DNA from: Eledone cirrhosa
Lineage: Eukaryota
DNA length: 64,000 bases
NCBI GenBank assembly: GCA_964016885.1
Contig: OZ024741.1
Span: 20,770,001-20,834,000, forward strand
Direction of reading: 5' to 3'
Made by a program: the position numbers and the translations under genes. Each line of letters opens with the position of its first letter. The first letter of the stretch is position 1. Positions 27,061 through 40,700 of this stretch are shown piece after piece. The notes beneath the pieces are model-generated. The model searched no databases, had not been told where the DNA came from, and saw only the letters and a list, made by a program, of their open reading frames with translations.

Positions 27061-30000
27061 GCTAAGACAACCAATTAGATGGTGGAACTTGGGGAATGAA
27101 GACCAGCTAAGAGATCGAATTAGATGGAGGAACTTGGAGAGTGAAGACCAGCTAAGACAACCAATTAGATGGTGGAACTTGGAGAGTGAAGACCAGCTAA
27201 GACAACCAATTAGATGGTGGAACTTGGAGAGTGAAGACCAGCTAAGAGAACGAATTAGATGGAGGAACTTGGAGAGTGAAGACCAGCTAAGACAACCAAT
27301 TAGATGGTGGAACTTGGGAGTGAAGACCAGCTAAGACAACCAATTAGATGGTGGAATTGGGGAATGAAGACCAGCTAAGACAACCAATTAGATGGTGGAA
27401 CTTGCGGAGTGAAGACCAGCTAAGAAAACCAATTAGATGGTGGAACTTGGGGACTGAAGACCAGCTAAGACAACCAATTAGATGGTGGAACTTGGGGACT
27501 GAAGACCAGCTAAGACAACCAATTAGATGGTGGAACTTGGGGAGTGACGACCAGCTAAGACAACCAAATAGATCGTGGAACTTGGGGACTGAAGTCCAGT
27601 TAAGACAACCAATTAGATGGTGGAGCCTGGAGAGTGAAGACCAGCTAAGACAGCCAATTAGATGGTGGAACTTGGGGAGTGAAGACCAGCTAAGACAACC
27701 AATTAGATGGTGGAACTTGGGGAGTGAAGACCAGCTAAGACAACCAATTAGATGGTGGAATTGGGGAATGAAGACCAGCTAAGACAACCAATTAGATGGT
27801 GGAACTTGGGGAGTGAAGACCAGCTAAGACAACAAATTAGATGGTGGAGCCTGGAGAGTGAAGACCAGCTAAGACAACCAATTAGATGGTGGAACTTGGG
27901 GAGTGAAGACCAGCTAAGACAACCAATTAGATGGTGGAACTTGGGGAGTGAAGACCAGCTAAGACAACCAATTAGATGGTGGAACTTGGAGAGTGAAGAC
28001 CAGCTAAGACAACTAATTAGATGGTGGAACTTGGGGAGTGAAGACCAGCTAAGACAACCAATTAGATGGTGGAACTTGGGGAGTGAAGACCAGCTAAGAC
28101 AACCAATTAGATGGTTGAACTTGGGGAGTGAAGACCAGCTAAGACAACCAATTAGATGGTGGAACTTGGGGACTGAAGACCAGCTAAGACAACCAATTAG
28201 ATGGTGGAACTTGGGGAGTGAAGACCAGCTAAGACAACCAATTAGATGGTGGAACTTGGTGACTGAAGACCAGCTAAGACAACCAATTAGATGGTGGAAC
28301 TTGGGGAGTGAAGACCAGCTAAGACAACCAATTAGATGGTGAAACTTGGGGACTGAAGTCCAGTTAAGACAACCAATTAGATGGTGGAGCCTGGAGAGTG
28401 AAGGCCAGCTAAGACAAACAATTAGATGGTGGAACTTGGGAGTGAAGACCAGCTAAGACAACCAATTAGATGGTGGAACTTGGGGAATGAAGACCAGCTA
28501 AGAGATCGAATTAGATGGAGGAACTTGGAGAGTGAAGACCAGCTAAGACAACCAATTAGATGGTGGAACTTGGAGAGTGAAGACCAGCTAAGACAACCAA
28601 TTAGATGGTGGAACTTGGAGAGTGAAGACCAGCTAAGAGAACGAATTAGATGGAGGAACTTGGAGAGTGAAGACCAGCTAAGACAACCAATTAGATGGTG
28701 GAACTTGGGAGTGAAGACCAGCTAAGACAACCAATTAGATGGTGGAATTGGGGAATGAAGACCAGCTAAGACAACCAATTAGATGGTGGAACTTGCGGAG
28801 TGAAGACCAGCTAAGAAAACCAATTAGATGGTGGAACTTGGGGACTGAAGACCAGCTAAGACAACCAATTAGATGGTGGAACTTGGGGACTGAAGACCAG
28901 CTAAGACAACCAATTAGATGGTGGAACTTGGGGAGTGACGACCAGCTAAGACAACCAAATAGATCGTGGAACTTGGGGACTGAAGTCCAGTTAAGACAAC
29001 CAATTAGATGGTGGAGCCTGGAGAGTGAAGACCAGCTAAGACAACCAATTAGATGGTGGAACTTGGGGAGTGAAGACCAGCTAAGACAACCAATTAGATG
29101 GTGGAACTTGGGGAGTGAAGACCAGCTAAGACAACAAATTAGATGGTGGAGCCTGGAGAGTGAAGACCAGCTAAGACAACCAATTAGATGGTGGAACTTG
29201 GGGAGTGAAGACCAGCTAAGACAACCAATTAGATGGTGGAACTTGGGGAGTGAAGACCAGCTAAGACAACAAATTAGATGGTGGAGCCTGGAGAGTGAAG
29301 ACCAGCTAAGACAACCAATTAGATGGTGGAACTTGGGGAGTGAAGACCAGCTAAGACAACCAATTAGATGGTGGAACTTGGAGAGTGAAGACCAGCTAAG
29401 ACAACTAATTAGATGGTGGAACTTGGGGAGTGAAGACCAGCTAAGACAACCAATTAGATGGTGGAACTTGGGGAGTGAAGACCAGCTAAGACAACCAATT
29501 AGATGGTTGAACTTGGGGAGTGAAGACCAGCTAAGACAACCAATTAGATGGTGGAACTTGGGGACTGAAGACCAGCTAAGACAACCAATTAGATGGTGGA
29601 ACTTGGGGAGTGAAGACCAGCTAAGACAACCAATTAGATGGTGGAACTTGGGGAGTGAAGACCAGCTAAGACAACCAATTAGATGGTGGAACTTGGAGAG
29701 TGAAGACCAGCTAAGACAACTAATTAGATGGTGGAACTTGGGGAGTGAAGACCAGCTAAGACAACCAATTAGATGGTGGAACTTGGGGAGTGAAGACCAG
29801 CTAAGACAACCAATTAGATGGTTGAACTTGGGGAGTGAAGACCAGCTAAGACAACCAATTAGATGGTGGAACTTGGGGACTGAAGACCAGCTAAGACAAC
29901 CAATTAGATGGTGGAACTTGGGGAGTGAAGACCAGCTAAGACAACCAATTAGATGGTGGAACTTGGGGAGTGAAGACCAGCTAAGACAACCAATTAGATG

Positions 30001-33000
30001 GTGGAACTTGGGGACTGAAGACCAGCTAAGACAACCAATTAGATGGTGGAACTTGGGGAGTGAAGACCAGCTAAGACAACCAATTAGATGGTGGAACTTG
30101 GGGAGTGAAGACCAGCTAAGACAACCAATTAGATGGTGGAACTTGGGGACTGAAGACCAGCTAAGACAACCAATTAGATGGTGGAACTTGGGGAGTGAAG
30201 ACCAGCTAAGACAACCAATTAGAATGTGGAACTTGGGGAGTGAAGACCAGCTAAGAGAACCAATTAGATGGTGGAACTTGGGGAGTGAAGACCAGCTAAG
30301 ACAACCAATTAGATGGTGGAACTTGGGGAGTGAAGAGCAGCTAAGACAACCAATTAGATGGTGGAACTTGGAGAGTGAAGACCAGCTAAGACAACCAATT
30401 AGATGGTGGAACTTGGGGAGTGAAGACCAGCTAAGACAACCAATTAGAATGTGGAACTTGGGGAGTGAAGACCAGCTAAGAGAACCAATTAGATGGTGGA
30501 ACTTGGGGAGTGAAGACCAGCTAAGAGAACCAGTTAGATGGTGGAACTTGGGGACTGAAGTACAGTTAAGACAACCAATTAGATGGTGGAACTTGGGGAG
30601 TGAAGACCAGCTAAGCCAACCAATTACATGGTGGAACTTGGAGAGTAAAGACCAGCTAAGACAACCAATTAGATGGTGGAACTTGGGGAGTGAAGACCAG
30701 CTAAGACAACCAATTAGATGGTGGAACTTGGAGAGTGAAGACCAGCTAAGTCAACCAATTAGATGGTGGAACTTGGGGAGTGAAGACCTGCTGAGACAAC
30801 CAGTTAGATGGTGGAACTTGGGGACTGAAGTCCAGTTAAGACAACCAATTAGATGGTGGAACTTGGGGACTGAAGACCAGCTAAGACAACCAATTAGATG
30901 GTGGAACTTGGGGACTGAAGACCAGGTAAGACAACCAATTAGATGGTGGAACTTGGGGAGTGAAGACCAGCTGAGACAACCAATTAGATGGTGGAACTTG
31001 GAGAGTGAAGACCAGATAAGACAACCAATTAGATGGTGGAACTTGGGGACTGAAGACCAGCTAAGACAACCAATTAGATGGTGGAACTTGGGGAGTGAAG
31101 ACCAGCTAAGACAACCAATTAGATGGTGAAACTTGGGGACTGAAGTCCAGTTAAGACAACCAATTAGATGGTGGAGCCTGGAGAGTGAAGGCCAGCTAAG
31201 ACAAACAATTAGATGGTGGAACTTGGGAGTGAAGACCAGCTAAGACAACCAATTAGATGGTGGAACTTGGGGAATGAAGACCAGCTAAGAGATCGAATTA
31301 GATGGAGGAACTTGGAGAGTGAAGACCAGCTAAGACAACCAATTAGATGGTGGAACTTGGAGAGTGAAGACCAGCTAAGACAACCAATTAGATGGTGGAA
31401 CTTGGAGAGTGAAGACCAGCTAAGAGAACGAATTAGATGGAGGAACTTGGAGAGTGAAGACCAGCTAAGACAACCAATTAGATGGTGGAACTTGGGAGTG
31501 AAGACCAGCTAAGACAACCAATTAGATGGTGGAATTGGGGAATGAAGACCAGCTAAGACAACCAATTAGATGGTGGAACTTGCGGAGTGAAGACCAGCTA
31601 AGAAAACCAATTAGATGGTGGAACTTGGGGACTGAAGACCAGCTAAGACAACCAATTAGATGGTGGAACTTGGGGACTGAAGACCAGCTAAGACAACCAA
31701 TTAGATGGTGGAACTTGGGGAGTGACGACCAGCTAAGACAACCAAATAGATCGTGGAACTTGGGGACTGAAGTCCAGTTAAGACAACCAATTAGATGGTG
31801 GAGCCTGGAGAGTGAAGACCAGCTAAGACAGCCAATTAGATGGTGGAACTTGGGGAGTGAAGACCAGCTAAGACAACCAATTAGATGGTGGAACTTGGGG
31901 AGTGAAGACCAGCTAAGACAACCAATTAGATGGTGGAATTGGGGAATGAAGACCAGCTAAGACAACCAATTAGATGGTGGAACTTGGGGAGTGAAGACCA
32001 GCTAAGACAATCAATTAGATGGTGGAACTTGGGGACTGAAGACCAGCTAAGACAATCAATTAGATGGTGGAACTTGGGGAATGAAGACCAGCTAAGACAA
32101 CCAATTAGATGGTGGAACTTGGGGACTGAAGACCAGCTAAGACAACCAATTAGATGGTGGAACTTGGGGAGTGACGACCAGCTAAGACAACCAAATAGAA
32201 TGTGGAACCTGGGGACTGAAGTCCAGTTAAGACAACCAATTAGATGGTGGAGCCTGGAGAGTGAAGACCAGATAAGACAACCAATTAGATGGTGGAACTT
32301 GGAGAGTGAAGACCAGATAAGACAGCCAATTAGATGGTGGAACTTGGGGTGTGGAGACCAGCTAAGACAACCAATTAGATGGTGGAATTGGGGAATGAAG
32401 ACCAGCTAAGACAACCAATTAGATGGTGGAACTTGGGGAGTGAAGACCAGCTAAGACAACAAATTAGATGGTGGAACTTACAGGGTGAAGACCAGCTAAG
32501 ACAACCAATTAGATGATGGAACTTGGGGAGAGAAGACCAGCTAAGACAACCAATTAGATGGTGGAACTTGGAGAGAGAAGACCAGCTAAGAAAATTAATT
32601 ACATGGTGGAACTTGGATAGTGAAGACCAGCTAAGAGAACCAATTAGATGGTGGAACGTGTGGACTGAAGACCAGCTAAGACAACCAATAAGATGGTGGA
32701 ACTTGGGAGTGAAGACCAGCTAAGACAACCAATTAGATTGTGGAATTGGGGAATGAAGACCAGCTAAGACAACCAATTAGATGGTGGAACTTGGGGAGTG
32801 AAGACCAGCTAAGAAAACCAATTAGATGGTGGAACTTGGGGACTGAAGACCAACTAAGACAACCAATTAGATGGTGGAACTTGGGGACTGAAGACCAGCT
32901 AAGACAACCAATTAGATGGTGGAACTTGGGGAGTGAAGACCAGCTAAGACAACCAATTAGATGGTGGAACTTGGGGAGTGAAGACCAGCTAAGACAACCA

Positions 33001-36000
33001 GTTAGATGGTGGAACTTGGGGACTGAAGTCCAGTTAAGACAACCAATTAGATGGTGGAACTTGGGGACTGAAGACCAGCTAAGACAACCAATTAGATGGT
33101 GGAACTTGGGGACTGAAGACCAGCTAAGACAACCAATTAGATGGTGGAACTTGGGGAGTGAAGACCAGCTGAGACAACCAGTTAGATGGTGGAACTTGGG
33201 GACTGAAGTCCAGTTAAGACAACCAATTAGATGGTGGAACTTGGGGACTGAAGACCAGTTAAGACAACCAATTAGATGGTGGAGCCTGGAGAGTGAAGGC
33301 CAGCTAAGACAAACAATTAGATGGTGGAACTTGGGGTGTGGAGACCAGCTAAGACAACCAAGTAGATGGTGGAACTTGGGAGTGAAGACCAGCTAAGACA
33401 ACCAATTAGATGGTGGAACTTGGGGAATGAAGACCAGCTAAGAGAACGAATTAGATGGAGGAACTTGGAGAGTGAAGACCAGCTAAGACAACCAATTAGA
33501 TGGTGGAACTTGGAGAGTGAAGACCAGCTAAGACAACCAATTAGATGGTGGAACTTGGAGAGTGAAGACCAGCTAAGAGAACGAATTAGATGGAGGAACT
33601 TGGAGAGTGAAGACCAGCTAAGACAACCAATTAGATGGTGGAACTTGGGAGTGAAGACCAGCTAAGAGAACCAATTAGATGGTGGAACGTGTGGACTGAA
33701 GACCAGCTAAGACAACCAATAAGATGGTGGAACTTGGGAGTGAAGACCAGCTAAGACAACCAATTAGATGGTGGAATTGGGGAATGAAGACCAGCTAAGA
33801 CAACCAATTAGATGGTGGAACTTGGGGAGTGAAGACCAGCTAAGAAAACCAATTAGATGGTGGAACTTGGGGACTGAAGACCAACTAAGACAACCAATTA
33901 GATGGTGGAACTTGGGGACTGAAGACCAGCTAAGACAACCAATTAGATGGTGGAACTTGGGGAGTGAAGACCAGCTAAGACAACCAATTAGATGGTGGAA
34001 CTTGGGGAGTGAAGACCAGCTAAGACAACCAGTTAGATGGTGGAACTTGGGGACTGAAGTCCAGTTAAGACAACCAATTAGATGGTGGAACTTGGGGACT
34101 GAAGACCAGCTAAGACAACCAATTAGATGGTGGAACTTGGGGACTGAAGACCAGCTAAGACAACCAATTAGATGGTGGAACTTGGGGAGTGAAGACCAGC
34201 TGAGACAACCAGTTAGATGGTGGAACTTGGGGACTGAAGTCCAGTTAAGACAACCAATTAGATGGTGGAACTTGGGGACTGAAGACCAGCTAAGACAACC
34301 AATTAGATGGTGGAACTTGGGGACTGAAGACCAGGTAAGACAACCAATTAGATGGTGGAACTTGGGGAGTGAAGACCAGCTGAGACAACCAATTAGATGG
34401 TGGAACTTGGAGAGTGAAGACAAGATAAGACAACCAATTAGATGGTGGAACTTGGGGACTGAAGACCAGCTAAGACAACCAATTAGATGGTGGAACTTGG
34501 GGAGTGAAGACCAGCTAAGACAACCAATTAGATGGTGAAACTTGGGGACTGAAGTCCAGTTAAGACAACCAATTAGATGGTGGAGCCTGGAGAGTGAAGG
34601 CCAGCTAAGACAAACAATTAGATGGTGGAACTTGGGAGTGAAGACCAGCTAAGACAACCAATTAGATGGTGGAACTTGGGGAATGAAGACCAGCTAAGAG
34701 ATCGAATTAGATGGAGGAACTTGGAGAGTGAAGACCAGCTAAGACAACCAATTAGATGGTGGAACTTGGAGAGTGAAGACCAGCTAAGACAACCAATTAG
34801 ATGGTGGAACTTGGAGAGTGAAGACCAGCTAAGAGAAAGAATTAGATGGAGGAACTTGGAGAGTGAAGACCAGCTAAGACAACCAATTAGATGGTGGAAC
34901 TTGGGAGTGAAGACCAGCTAAGACAACCAATTAGATGGTGGAATTGGGGAATGAAGACCAGCTAAGACAACCAATTAGATGGTGGAACTTGCGGAGTGAA
35001 GACCAGCTAAGAAAACCAATTAGATGGTGGAATTTGGGGACTGAAGACCAGCTAAGACAACCAATTAGATGGTGGAACTTGGGGACTGAAGACCAGCTAA
35101 GACAACCAATTAGATGGTGGAACTTGGGGAGTGACGACCAGCTAAGACAACCAAATAGATCGTGGAACTTGGGGACTGAAGTCCAGTTAAGACAACCAAT
35201 TAGATGGTGGAGCCTGGAGAGTGAAGACCAGCTAAGACAGCCAATTAGATGGTGGAACTTGGGGAGTGAAGACCAGCTAAGACAACCAATTAGATGGTGG
35301 AACTTGGGGAGTGAAGACCAGCTAAGACAACCAATTAGATGGTGGAATTGGGGAATGAAGACCAGCTAAGACAACCAATTAGATGGTGGAACTTGGGGAG
35401 TGAAGACCAGCTAAGACAACAAATTAGATGGTGGAGCCTGGAGAGTGAAGACCAGCTAAGACAACCAATTAGATGGTGGAACTTGGGGAGTGAAGACCAG
35501 CTAAGACAACCAATTAGATGGTGGAACTTGGGGAGTGAAGACCAGCTAAGACAACCAATTAGATGGTGGAACTTGGAGAGTGAAGACCAGCTAAGACAAC
35601 TAATTAGATGGTGGAACTTGGGGAGTGAAGACCAGCTAAGACAACCAATTAGATGGTGGAACTTGGGGACTGAAGACCAGCTAAGACAACCAATTAGATG
35701 GTGGAACTTGGGGAGTGAAGACCAGCTAAGACAACCAATTAGATGGTGGAACTTGGGGACTGAAGACCAGCTAAGACAACCAATTAGATGGTGGAACTTG
35801 GGGAGTGAAGACCAGCTAAGACAACCAATTAGATGGTGAAACTTGGGGACTGAAGTCCAGTTAAGACAACCAATTAGATGGTGGAGCCTGGAGAGTGAAG
35901 GCCAGCTAAGACAAACAATTAGATGGTGGAACTTGGGAGTGAAGACCAGCTAAGACAACCAATTAGATGGTGGAACTTGGGGAATGAAGACCAGCTAAGA

Positions 36001-37790
36001 GATCGAATTAGATGGAGGAACTTGGAGAGTGAAGACCAGCTAAGACAACCAATTAGATGGTGGAACTTGGAGAGTGAAGACCAGCTAAGACAACCAATTA
36101 GATGGTGGAACTTGGAGAGTGAAGACCAGCTAAGAGAACGAATTAGATGGAGGAACTTGGAGAGTGAAGACCAGCTAAGACAACCAATTAGATGGTGGAA
36201 CTTGGGAGTGAAGACCAGCTAAGACAACCAATTAGATGGTGGAATTGGGGAATGAAGACCAGCTAAGACAACCAATTAGATGGTGGAACTTGCGGAGTGA
36301 AGACCAGCTAAGAAAACCAATTAGATGGTGGAACTTGGGGACTGAAGACCAGCTAAGACAACCAATTAGATGGTGGAACTTGGGGACTGAAGACCAGCTA
36401 AGACAACCAATTAGATGGTGGAACTTGGGGAGTGACGACCAGCTAAGACAACCAAATAGATCGTGGAACTTGGGGACTGAAGTCCAGTTAAGACAACCAA
36501 TTAGATGGTGGAGCCTGGAGAGTGAAGACCAGCTAAGACAGCCAATTAGATGGTGGAACTTGGGGAGTGAAGACCAGCTAAGACAACCAATTAGATGGTG
36601 GAACTTGGGGAGTGAAGACCAGCTAAGACAACCAATTAGATGGTGGAATTGGGGAATGAAGACCAGCTAAGACAACCAATTAGATGGTGGAACTTGGGGA
36701 GTGAAGACCAGCTAAGACAACAAATTAGATGGTGGAGCCTGGAGAGTGAAGACCAGCTAAGACAACCAATTAGATGGTGGAACTTGGGGAGTGAAGACCA
36801 GCTAAGACAACCAATTAGATGGTGGAACTTGGGGAGTGAAGACCAGCTAAGACAACCAATTAGATGGTGGAACTTGGAGAGTGAAGACCAGCTAAGACAA
36901 CTAATTAGATGGTGGAACTTGGGGAGTGAAGACCAGCTAAGACAACCAATTAGATGGTGGAACTTGGGGAGTGAAGACCAGCTAAGACAACCAATTAGAT
37001 GGTTGAACTTGGGGAGTGAAGACCAGCTAAGACAACCAATTAGATGGTGGAACTTGGGGACTGAAGACCAGCTAAGACAACCAATTAGATGGTGGAACTT
37101 GGGGAGTGAAGACCAGCTAAGACAACCAATTAGATGGTGGAACTTGGGGAGTGAAGACCAGCTAAGACAACCAATTAGATGGTGGAACTTGGGGACTGAA
37201 GACCAGCTAAGACAACCAATTAGATGGTGGAACTTGGGGAGTGAAGACCAGCTAAGACAACCAATTAGATGGTGGAACTTGGGGAGTGAAGACCAGCTAA
37301 GACAACCAATTAGATGGTGGAACTTGGGGACTGAAGACCAGCTAAGACAACCAATTAGATGGTGGAACTTGGGGAGTGAAGACCAGCTAAGACAACCAAT
37401 TAGAATGTGGAACTTGGGGAGTGAAGACCAGCTAAGAGAACCAATTAGATGGTGGAACTTGGGGAGTGAAGACCAGCTAAGACAACCAATTAGATGGTGG
37501 AACTTGGGGAGTGAAGAGCAGCTAAGACAACCAATTAGATGGTGGAACTTGGAGAGTGAAGACCAGCTAAGACAACCAATTAGATGGTGGAACTTGGGGA
37601 GTGAAGACCAGCTAAGACAACCAATTAGAATGTGGAACTTGGGGAGTGAAGACCAGCTAAGAGAACCAATTAGATGGTGGAACTTGGGGAGTGAAGACCA
37701 GCTAAGAGAACCAGTTAGATGGTGGAACTTGGGGACTGAAGTACAGTTAAGACAACCAATTAGATGGTGGAACTTGGGGAGTGAAGACCA
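23444..37790 (+). repeat. ~7-8.5 kb-offset duplication (about 23.4-30.6 kb versus 31.9-37.8 kb)
   Basis: Constant offset of 7,587 for 25,779/33,366, 26,181/33,768, 27,035/34,622, 27,348/34,935 and 27,752/35,339. Offset is 7,497 for 28,426/35,923 and 28,739/36,236, and 8,442 for 24,081/32,523 and 24,298/32,740. Confidence 0.8.
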
Positions 37791-37799
37791 GCTAAGACA

Positions 37800-40700
37800 A
37801 CCAATTAGATGGTGGAACTTGGGGAGTGAAGACCAGCTAAGACAACCAATTAGAATGTGGAACTTGGGGAGTGAAGACCAGCTAAGAGAACCAATTAGAT
37901 GGTGGAACTTGGGAGTGAAGACCAGCTAAGACAACCAATTAGATGGTGGAACTTGGGGAGTGAAGACCAGCTAAGACAACCAATTAGAATGTGGAACTTG
38001 GGGAGTGAAGACCAGCTAAGAGAACCAATTAGATGGTGGAACTTGGGGACTGAAGACCAGCTAAGACAACCAATTAGATGGTGGAACTTGGGGAGTGAAG
38101 ACCAGCTAAGACAACCAATTAGATGGTGGAACTTGGGGAGTGAAGACCAGCTAAGACAACCAATTAGAATGTGGAACTTGGGGAGTGAAGACCAGCTAAG
38201 AGAACCAATTAGATGGTGGAACTTGGGAGTGAAGACCAGCTAAGACAACCAATTAGATGATGGAATTGGGGAATGAAGACCAGCTAAGACAACCAATTAG
38301 AATGTGGAACTTGGGGAGTGAAGACCAGCTAAGAGAACCAATTAGATGGTGGAACTTGGGGAGTGAAGACCAGCTGAGACAACCAATTAGATGGTGGAAC
38401 TTGGGGACTGAAGACCAGCTAAGACAACCAATTAGATGGTGGAACTTGGGAGTGAAGACCAGCTAAGACAACCAATTAGATGATGGAATTGGGGAATGAA
38501 GACCAGCTAAGACAACCAATTAGAATGTGGAACTTGGGGAGTGAAGACCAGCTAAGAGAACCAATTAGATGGTGGAACTTGGGGAGTGAAGACCAGCTGA
38601 GACAACCAATTAGATGGTGGAACTTGGGGACTGAAGACCAGCTAAGACAACCAATTAGATGGTGGAACTTGGGGAGTGAAGACCAGCTGAGACAACCAAT
38701 TAGATGGTGGAACTTGGAGAGTGAAGACCAGATAAGACAACCAATTAGATGGTGGAACTTGGAGAGTGAAGACCAGATAAGACAACCAATTAGATGGTGG
38801 AACTTGGGGACTGAAGACCAGCTAAGACAACGAATTAGATGGTGGAACTTGGAGAGTGAAGACCAGATAAGACAACCAATTAGATGGTGGAACTTGGGGA
38901 CTGAAGACCAGCTAAGACAACCAATTAGATGGTGGAACTTGGGGAGTGAAGACCAGCTAAGACAACCAATTAGATGGTGGAACTTGGGGAGTGAAGACCA
39001 GCTGAGACAACCAGTTAGATGGTGGAACTTGGGGACTGAAGTCCAGTTAAGACAACCAATTAGATGGTGGAACTTGGGGACTGAAGACCAGTTAAGACAA
39101 CCAATTAGATGGTGGAGCCTGGAGAGTGAAGGCCTGCTAAGACAAACAATTAGATGGTGGAACTTGGGGTGTGGAGACCAGCTAAGACAACCAATTAGAT
39201 GGTGGAACTTGGGAGTGAAGACCAGCTAAGACAACCAATTAGATGGTGGAACTTGGGGAATGAAGACCAGCTAAGAGAACGAATTAGATGGAGGAACTTG
39301 GAGAGTGAAGACCAGCTAAGACAACCAATTAGATGGTGGAACTTGGAGAGTGAAGATCAGCTAAGACAACCAATTAGATGGTGGAACTTGGAGAGTGAAG
39401 ACCAGCTAAGAGAACGAATTAGATGGAGGAACTTGGAGAGTGAAGACCAGCTAAGACAACCAATTAGATGGTGGAACTTGGGAGTGAAGACCAGCTAAGA
39501 GAACCAATTAGATGGTGGAACGTGTGGACTGAAGACCAGCTAAGACAACCAATAAGATGGTGGAACTTGGGAGTGAAGACCAGCTAAGACAACCAATTAG
39601 ATGGTGGAATTGGGGAATGAAGACCAGCTAAGACAACCAATTAGATGGTGGAACTTGGGGAGTGAAGACCAGCTAAGAAAACCAATTAGATGGTGGAACT
39701 TGGGGACTGAAGACCAACTAAGACAACCAATTAGATGGTGGAACTTGGGGACTGAAGACCAGCTAAGACAACCAATTAGATGGTGGAACTTGGGGAGTGA
39801 AGACCAGCTAAGACAACCAATTAGATGGTGGAACTTGGGGAGTGAAGACCAGCTAAGACAACCAGTTAGATGGTGGAACTTGGGGACTGAAGTCCAGTTA
39901 AGACAACCAATTAGATGGTGGAACTTGGGGACTGAAGACCAGCTAAGACAACCAATTAGATGGTGGAACTTGGGGACTGAAGTCCAGTTAAGACAACCAA
40001 TTAGATGGTGGAGCCTGGAGAGTGAAGGCCAGCTAAGACAAACAATTAGATGGTGGAACTTGGGAGTGAAGACCAGCTAAGACAACCAATTAGATGGTGG
40101 AACTTGGGGAGTGAAGACCAGCTAAGACAACCAGTTAGATGGTGGAACTTGGGGACTGAAGTCCAGTTAAGACAACCAATTAGATGGTGGACCTTGGGGA
40201 GTGAAGACCAGCTGAGACAACCAGTTAGATGGTGGAACTTGGGGACTGAAGTCCAGTTAAGACAACCAATTAGATGGTGGAACTTGGGGACTGAAGACCA
40301 GCTAAGACAACCAATTAGATGGTGGAACTTGGGGAGTGAAGACCAGGTAAGACAACCAATTAGATGGTGGAACTTGGGGAGTGAAGACCAGCTGAGACAA
40401 CCAATTAGATGGTGGAACTTGGAGAGTGAAGACCAGATAAGACAACCAATTAGATGGTGGAACTTGGGGACTGAAGACCAGCTAAGACAACCAATTAGAT
40501 GGTGGAACTTGGGGAGTGAAGACCAGCTAAGACAACCAATTAGATGGTGAAACTTGGGGACTGAAATCCAGTTAAGACAACCAATTAGATGGTGGAGCCT
40601 GGAGAGTGAAGGCCAGCTAAGACAAACAATTAGATGGTGGAACTTGGGAGTGAAGACCAGCTAAGACAACCAATTAGATGGTGGAACTTGGGGAATGAAG

